Source: Hydrurus foetidus (taxonomy: Eukaryota). Taken from it: a stretch of DNA of 54,280 nt. Location: assembly GCA_900617105.1 (NCBI GenBank), contig UYFQ01000740.1, positions 62,001-116,280 of the forward strand, written 5' to 3'. Both the position numbers and the translations under genes were made by a program. The notes below the pieces were generated by a model. It did no database searches. It was not told the DNA's origin and saw only the letters and a program-made list of their open reading frames with translations. Below, in pieces: positions 46,313-54,280 of this stretch; position 1 is the first letter of the stretch; each line of letters begins with the position of its first letter.

Positions 46313-47281
46313 TTATAACTTTCCCCCGTCCCACTGCACATGCTCCACTTTGCCATGCCGAATCAGGTGTTCCACGTCAGTCCTTCATGTACGAAAAATT
46401 AAATGTCGCCATTGAGAACTGGTGAATTTTGGGGAGGAGATCGACATTGTAATATTGTCATGGTTGCATACCTTCGCACAAACTGCTCGCTACCCTTGAG
46501 GCTTAGATTAACTGGACCGTAATCTGTCATTATCTCACCGCAAGGCACTATGACTCTAATCTGTATCAACAACTCCTTAGGCGGCTGAATATGTTAAATT
46601 TTCACAACGATTGAAAAGTGAGCACTACGTATAGAGCACAGTAAAATGCTTGCCAGTCAGCCTGAATATCATCAAGTGGTGAAAGTTTATATATAGTAAA
46701 ACAGGCAAGTGGGTGACATGAAATTATTTGGGGTATCATTTCTATCCATCTTCAAGATTAACATAACATTGAGTACATTACCTCCATGTCCGATATCATA
46801 TCGCAACCAATGTCATTACTGTAATTTGATAGTAAGCTGCTGTAGGCGTTAAAGTAGTCGTTTTCCCGGGAAGATAATGTGTCGTGTTTTATTCTTTCAG
46901 GTAATACGGCGCCAGTTTCCCAAGGAAGTGTCCGAATTTTGGTTATCCGGAAAGTCAAGTAGCTGTTTCGTGATGAATTTGAAGCTTCCTGAGAGTGTAT
47001 CACTTCATTATGCGAATGCTTAATTGATGCTGATTTAACCTATTGATATAACGATTATTCCTCTGCAGACATTCAAGGTAATAACTTATTGTTGGCTTAA
47101 CTGACTCAGTGCGAATGCTATTGTCGCTCATATCGATGCCATCTGAAATATCAGATATCTTGGCTAGGATTTCGTTCATCTCAGAAATTATAAGACGAAC
47201 ACCCTCATCGTCATTTGCTGGGAGGAAATCTGCTCGCTTAAGATCCAACAGCAGCTCACGTCCTTTCTGGCAATAGTTCAT
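46313..47281 (-). CDS. PSF1: DNA replication complex GINS subunit Psf1
   Basis: KGRELLLDL...LPANDDEGVR; LQRNNR..SYL..RI; LSSRE.DYF..YS.LL..Y; PPKELLIQIRV...CGEI.T..G; RRTDVEHLIRHG. Four exons, stop at 46313. Confidence 0.9.
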
Positions 47282-47349
47282 CGTTAAAACCTGTAGTAGG
47301 GAATTCGTCGAGATGTCTCCACGCTGCTAACGCTAACGCCAACTGCAGC

Positions 47350-47772
47350 TTTTTTAAGAGTCACCGGCCCCAGGTGTGCTCTTTTTTTTACACGAAAAAA
47401 AATGGTAAAATCCGAAAAAACGCTTTTTTACACTCAAATTTGAACCGGTTGGAAGTTTCTCATTTCAGTGAATTGGAACAAACGGTTTCGATATTCGTGT
47501 TCAGCATAAAATTTTGTACTCCAAACTTTTGCAGGGCACTTTTTCCGAATTCGAAAATACTCACTATTTTTCGAATTAAAAAGGTGGCACACGTACAGAA
47601 AACTTTTTTCGAATGCCCTGCAGGTAACGCAAGTAGATATTGGTGATTTTAACCGAACCCAATTTACAGAATTGAATTTGGTGAGAAACTCCAAAACTTC
47701 CTGCCGGTATGCTGTACGAACAAATTCTACACTAAAAAAAGAGCACGGCTAGGGCCGGTGACTCGTAAAAAA
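47350..47772. mobile_element. ~420-bp MITE-like element with ~40-bp imperfect terminal inverted repeats
   Basis: Left ttttttaagagtcaccggccccaggtgtgctcttttttt versus reverse complement of the right end ttttttacgagtcaccggccctagccgtgctcttttttt. AT-rich interior. Confidence 0.75.
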
Positions 47773-48138
47773 AATAAAAAACTCCGAAGTAAATCTGCTG
47801 TATGTTGTATCTACAGAATACAGTATATTAAGTATTTTGTATTCTGATAGGCATGCGGCATGCTCTATGAATTTTTGAATTGGGGGATTAACCGGATGGT
47901 GGTTCCACCTTTATATAACAAATCCGGTATTTCACTGGCTTTTTTTGGTCACGGAGGACGTGTTCTCCTGCTTTTTGGGGCTCTTTTCAGGTTTTTTTTG
48001 CTTGCGAACTCAACATTCTTTTTTCATTTTGTGGCGTGATTGATTTCAGTTCGACGGCTTTGGTACAGTACACACTAGACAAGACAACACGTGTCTTCAA
48101 CATTCCAGAGATCAACTGTTCCAGTCATTGTCATTGTG

Positions 48139-51100
48139 ATGGATCCCATTGCTGTCCATGATCTGGTCGGTGGAAATGTCGTTCGTCAGCCTAGGGATCA
48201 CAGTTGTTTGTATCATTCGTTGTGTTTTTTCTTGAATCGGATGTATGACACGCTGGCATATACTCCACTCTTCTTGCGGACTGAGATCAATTGTTTCTTA
48301 ATGAACAATCGTTCTACAATTCTTGTTCTCGGCCCTGGTTCTGCTTATACTGTTGATGAGTGTATAGCACTCGAGCACTATACTGTCGAACGATACATTT
48401 CGGTTATGTCTGAGTTGACTTCATGGGGTGGTGCTATTGAGCTCGCTTGTTTCGTCCATATGTTTCCTGTGGACATCTATATTTTCAAACCTTTCGATGG
48501 TAGTTGTAGAATGAAATGGGTGACAACGTTCGTTACTACTTTGGCTGGGCGTAATTGTGACCATGACTTTCGTCTTCTATACACTGGCAACAGTCATTAC
48601 GATTGTGTTATCGATGCGGTTTTTGACCCATCATATCTGTCGACACTCTTAGATCCCGAATATTTAATCAATCTTAGTGGTGGTGATGCATTTGCTAACA
48701 CATCTTTTGGTGCAAAGAGAAGGAAAGTTCGGTATCAGTCTATCATCGAAACTCGCCGTAGTTGTCAGCAGTCGTCACACTGTGAACCACTTTCAGCTAA
48801 GCCTAAGGAATCTTTTCGTCGCCGAGCTATACATGCGACCAGACGTCTTCTTGAGTCTGCGCGGCCCTTTAAATATTACTCTGGGTCTTCCCGTTTACGT
48901 GGCTACGCTCCTTCTTCTACGACAAATATACGTGTGTCTGATAGCGCAGCTGATGGTAATGCTTATATCAATTCGTATGATCTATTAACGAAGTACTTAG
49001 TATGTGCAATATGTGGCTATGAGGGAAGTCGTGTTGGTTGTGTATCTGTCACGGAAGTCGGTGATCTGCTTGAAATGTCTGGAATTGCTTCTAAGTTCCA
49101 TGATATCGTCTGTTCTGATCGTGTTAAAACTCGGTTTGATGCTATTTTCAATATGGAGCTTAATACGTGCTTTAAGGATGGTCTTATTCGTGATATTGAT
49201 AGTATATGTCGCGGATGTTACCGACAATTACTTCGGAACAAAGCAAAGATTAAAGTGTCTTCGCGTATGGAATTTTGTGTCGATTCTGACCTAGTGGACT
49301 CTTCTGATGAGGAAAGTGGTGATCCTGATTGTAGCGGCCCTATTTTTCCAAAGATGAGTTTATTTCTTGGATTATTTTGTGGGAGAATTCCTGATGAGCT
49401 TATGAATCTTACAGCAGTGGAAGAGAGCATGATCAATATTTACAGTGCCATTACTAATATAAGTCTAGCTGGTGGCAAACACTTCAAAGTGCGTGGTGCT
49501 ACTTGTTATACGATTATTAATGACTTGACTAGTGTCGCTAAAGAGCTCCCACGTATGCCGTCTATAGATTGTACAGCTGTGCTACGACATAATAGTACCA
49601 AATTATGCAAAGATTATACTTATCGTCCTAATCGCGTGTATCGTGCATTAAACTGGTTAAAACTTAATAACCATCTCTACGAGGATATTGTATTGAAGTG
49701 GTCGTCAGAAATAATGGATTGGGCTAATAATTCTGAATGTATCGATATACCTTTTATTGAGATATCTGATGATGAAGAACATGAAATCGATGAAAGTGTA
49801 AATGAACCTATGATTCCTGGCGAGACATCTTCAGCTAATCCAGGTACTGTTTTAATTGATTATTATTGTCGTTTGTGTTTAATTTCTTGACCATTGATGT
49901 TTGTGTCTTTGTTTTTTCAGTTTCCAGTGGACGTGAGCATGATTTGCTCTTGGAGGCCCCAAATACTCTAGTGTCACTATTGGAGGATATACGCAATGCT
50001 TTGGTTGAACCTAGTAACAAGTCCGTACATCGGACGTCCGTCCATGAATTCGTGTGTCAATATAAAAATCCTGAGTACTACTTACCGAGATGCTTCCCCA
50101 CTATATTTCCCTACGGTCGTGGTTGCCCTAGTGATGAGAATTCTCATTTTATTACTATGGCAAACTATATAAAACATATGCTTTGCCTTGGTGGTGGTCC
50201 GGATCCCCGGCGATTCCAGAAAAATGCTAAATTTATCTTCACCATGTATTCAATGGAAATGAGAAGAAAAATAGGTGGGGTTGCATACCTTGCTCAACGT
50301 AAAGAGTATGATGAACAATGCATAGATGCAACACCTAATATTAAAGATATAAACGAGTTGTTGTCCTATCTCGATGTATCCAATACCGGTTGTGATGTTC
50401 GTGATGGTAATGATGTTGTACATGACAACTTGAATGTTGAGCCAACCAGTAATTGTGAGAGTACGAATCGTGTAAGTGAGATGGAGAAGCTTATTAAAAG
50501 ATTGATACCTTATTCTAAATCATTGCAAGGTTCTACTTCACAAATTGCGTATGAAAGAGGGAAATTAATGGCTATGATACCTTCCCCTATCATCTGCAAT
50601 TATGGTTCCTGGCGTTTATTTTTCACCACTGCTCCAGCTGATCTTTATGAAAGTCGATTTTACGATGTTGTGGCGAGTCCTATCACTAATAGTTCCATTG
50701 ATTCATGGGCGATACGTGATGAAAAGGTATGTTTTTTTGTTCAAGCACTACGTGTACTGTTTATAACTTTACTTTTTTTAACTATGTCAGACTCGTAATC
50801 TTGCGGCTGCTGATAGATTAAATCTTTTAAGGAATCATCCCGCTACGATGGCTCGGCTATACGATTGCAAACAGAGTTGTTTATGGCAAAATGTTATTCT
50901 TGGCAAATCTCGTCCTTTTGGTCTCATTACAGATTTTTGGCGTCGAGTTGAGGTTGGTGTTATCAGGCACTATTATGTTTTGTGCATTCTAATGTTATAG
51001 TACATTGCTCGGGGTACTTACAAACCATCTTTCCAATAATTAATTCTCTGTTTTTTCATTTTCATTATAATTTTTTTCATTTTCATTTTTATTATCATTA

Positions 51101-54100
51101 CATTTTCATTTTCATTTTTAGTTTCATTTTCATTATAATTATCATTTTTTTTTTTTTTTCATTTTCATTTTCATTTTCATTATCCCCCCTATTCCATTTT
51201 CATTTTCATTTCCATTTCATTTTCATTTTCATTCCATTCCATTCCATTCCATTTCATTTTTCCATTCCATTCCATTCCATTCCATTCCATTCCATTTCAT
51301 TTCATTCCATTCCATTATTTCATTCCATTCCATTCCATTTTCATTCATTTTCATTTCATTCATCCTCTTTTATCCATTTCAAGCTGTGGTCCATTCATGT
51401 CCATAGTCTTATCTGTATATCGAATTCCGACGGAATTGATAATACATGTGTTAATAGTGAGGTTGCATCTGATACAGACAAAGTTAAAGCGTATGTTCAG
51501 AGCGTTGTATCTGCGAACTTTGTAGGGGTTCCTTCAGGTGTATCAACATGTCGTACGTTATTTAGTGACCTTGTAGTAGATGAGTCCGGTTATGAATGGT
51601 GTCCTGAAAAAGACCACTTTGCCGATTCTGACCATCCATGTCGAGCTAATTTCGATTCATCTTGGAACTATGAGCGGTCTTGTGATGGCGAGTTCCGTGA
51701 TATGAGGGTTCAATCTCAATATCGGTCTTTGCAAATCGCCAATCAGTTTCACAGATGTTGTTTCACATGTTTTAAGTACTGCCGAAGACATGACAGAGTT
51801 TGTCGGTTTGGTTTTCCATGGACTTCTAAAGAGTGTTTATTCGGTCCTATGATTGTGAAAGATCGCGATAAAAAGAGTCGTGTGAGGGTTTCTGTGCTAC
51901 CCCAGAGGAATAATGCATATCTAAATGGGACGTGTTTTAACCCTTTGATTGCCATTGCTCACGGGGGTAATCATGATTTGCAATATATTGCAAATACCGT
52001 TGGTGCTGCCGAATATGTTGCGTCGTATGCCTCTAAATTCGAAGAACCCGATAAAAAGGTTATGACCAATATATTCAATAAGAAAATGGCTTATCTTACT
52101 AATAATGCGACAAGTATTACGGATCGTGATCGACTATATTCTGTTGGGTGTGCACTTTTAGGTAGTAGCCCTGTCGGATCAGTGCAGGCTTGTTACAGTT
52201 TGCTTGGGCTTAAGTTTGTACATTCATCGCGAAAAGTCCTAAACGTGAATTCTTTGCATCGTAAGTACGTGATTCTTTAATTAATTGTATGTTTCTACAT
52301 ATTTGTTAGTCCTAATATTCTGTGTTACTTGTTCGTTACTATAGGTGATTCAGTTATTCGGAGCTTAAAAACTCGTCCCGAATGTATCCGTAAACTAGCG
52401 GATACCGACTCTGCCATAGAGTCTGGACCTAATTCTAATTTGGGGCGAAGACGTGCGTATGAGATATTAGCTTGTCAACAAAGGATAAACTACAATGGCA
52501 TTTGTAACGTGACATACTACTCATTACTGACATCTTATACCATCAGTATTGACAGAACTAACAACAAGTCGAATGTGAAGGGTCCTCCACTATTAGTGCT
52601 TAACAAATACGGAATTATTGTCAGTAGTAGTGGAACAAATAAATTTATCGTCGATGGAGCGGTCTATACACGATTACGTAAAGATACTGTGGTTAACCTT
52701 TGTCCATATGTCCCTATTAATCATTGTGATGAGGTGTCATGTTATTCTAATATATTAATGCACCTGCCTTGGCCATTGGCTGGTGAGTTGTGTCTAATAC
52801 CTGTTGGTTTGTCATCTATACAATACTATGCTATTGTTCTTGATCTAAACTTATTTCCTGAGTACGTCAAATGTACCCTTGAAAAATTTCAACATTCTGA
52901 TGTGATTAGAAAAAATGTGGGTACTATTTGCAGTAGTACCAATTTAGGACAATGTGATGAAAATGATTCTGACGTTGAGGAAATTACTACAATGAATAAT
53001 TCTATGGCGCATAGTGATGAAACTGGTATCAATATTGTAGATACTCAACTTACGAATAATAATGGTGTACTTACAGACATTAGTACAGTGTCAAAAACTT
53101 ATTTATTGAAATATGTACATACACAACAAAAAATATTTATGGAGAATATGTCCATTCGGAATAGAATTACTGTGAATATTGAAGGAGATTCGGTTTTTAA
53201 TATGGTCCGAAATACTATTCCCGTCGAAAACTATAATATTCGGTTACAGTCACTATTAGATAATGTCGGGCTATTAACTCATAAACAACTCGAAGCATAC
53301 AATATAGCTGTCGGATATATTAGTGGTAAAAATAATAACCCAATGAAAATGTTCGTGTCTGGTGAAGGTGGGACGGGGAAATCGTTTCTTATTTCATTAA
53401 TTATGGAATTTACAAATATTTTTCATGGGAAACAGAAAGGTATATATGGCGCTGCGGTTGCCGTAGCACCTACTGGTTCGGCGGCTAATGTTATACGAGG
53501 CTTTACGTGGCAATCTGTGTACGGGAAAGGATTCAATTCATCGAATGTCAGGAGTCCTGAGTTAATGTCACCTCCTTGTGCTCAAGCTGTTGGGGCGAAA
53601 TTATGTGGTGTTAAGTTAGTAATCATCGATGAAATATCTATGATTGATCTCGAAACATTGTATGAAATAAGTTTGAGACATACTAAGTCTATGGGTACTA
53701 CTGTCACCGATGATCGTGAGAGGTCGAATATGGAATGTATGTCTTTTGGTGGGACTCACGTACTATTTACTGGAGATTTCTACCAGTTGAAACCTGTATT
53801 TGGACAACCCATCTATGCGGACCGTGTAGACAACATTTATTGCGAAAAAGGACGCGATATATGGCTCAGTCTGAATGAATACGTGGAGTTGACTGAAAAT
53901 ACAAGGTATAGAAATGATGCAACTCCTCACATGAATCAATTTCTTAGGGGAGCACGCATTGGTAAAATTGACATGAATTTATTACATATCGTTAATGAAC
54001 GTCTGATGGCAAGTGAGGAAGCAGCTAAACGTCTTGCCGGACCTAATGCTGTATGGATTGCACACTTTAATGATGATGTGGATCGCCTCAATAAAGATGA

Positions 54101-54280
54101 TTTTGAGGAAAAGAGGGCCAGAGGTGTGAGATGCTTTCGTATTTACGCAAGACACACTCTTGTGAAAACACCAGGAATAGCGCCTACTAATGATATGGTG
54201 GAAAAACTGTGCAAAATTTCTAATCCCAAAGGGCTTCCGCGTTTTATTGATCTAGCTATTGGTACTAGAGTCAGCTGTAC
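48139..54280 (+). mobile_element. Helitron-superfamily rolling-circle transposon (Helentron/Helitron2-like) RepHel gene with N-terminal OTU protease, HUH Rep and PIF1 helicase; intron-containing, truncated by the window end
   Basis: OTU motifs PRDHSCLYHS, SWGGAIEL and GNSHYD. Helitron-typical RVYRALNWLKLNNHLY and CFPTIFPYGRG. Rep motifs FFTTAP, RVE...HVH and EYVASYASK. PIF1 motifs SGEGGTGKS, APTGSAA, IIDEISM, FGG..VLFTGDFYQL. Introns ~49844-49920, 50727-50790, 50953-~51376, 52261-52344. The last exon appears open to the end of the window. Markedly more AT-rich than host genes. Confidence 0.92.
51050..51365. repeat. (CATTT/CATTC)n low-complexity satellite within a Helitron intron
   Basis: Continuous ttcatt/cattc units. 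Confidence 0.9.

Noticed and set aside
50982..51375. Phe/His/Ile-rich N-terminus of the 432-aa ORF
   Set aside because: This is intronic CATTT/CATTC satellite; real coding resumes near HVH at ~51396.

Overview
Gene-dense, intron-containing eukaryotic nuclear DNA, most likely from a photosynthetic stramenopile (ochrophyte). The evidence is a nuclear psbO, several signal-peptide + transit-peptide (bipartite) plastid leaders and stramenopile-style bZIP basic regions; the taxon is inferred, not verified. Genes in order: psbO 3' end, XPD/ERCC2, a galectin-like + RRM-like protein, an alpha/beta hydrolase lacking its catalytic Ser, a Pro/Ala-rich protein with a duplicated KHRGG-x-x-FG-x-GRL module, a PPR-DYW protein, a nitrate-assimilation gene pair, PRP16, a LAMTOR1-like gene, a tandem bZIP factor, a histidine acid phosphatase, PSF1 and an intron-containing OTU-Rep-PIF1 Helitron/Helentron running off the right edge. 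The most striking element is the nitrate locus (21459-28562). One ~901-codon gene fuses a plastid-targeted formate/nitrite channel (NAR1/FNT) in frame to a complete ferredoxin-nitrite reductase. Its linker carries a ubiquitin-like IRGG motif followed directly by what looks like a second, Phe-initiated plastid transit peptide, suggesting a processed polyprotein. This gene lies head-to-head (517 bp) with a nitrate reductase that has an unusual N-terminal hydrophobic anchor. All gene models were built by eye from splice signals and frame continuity; no database searches were run.
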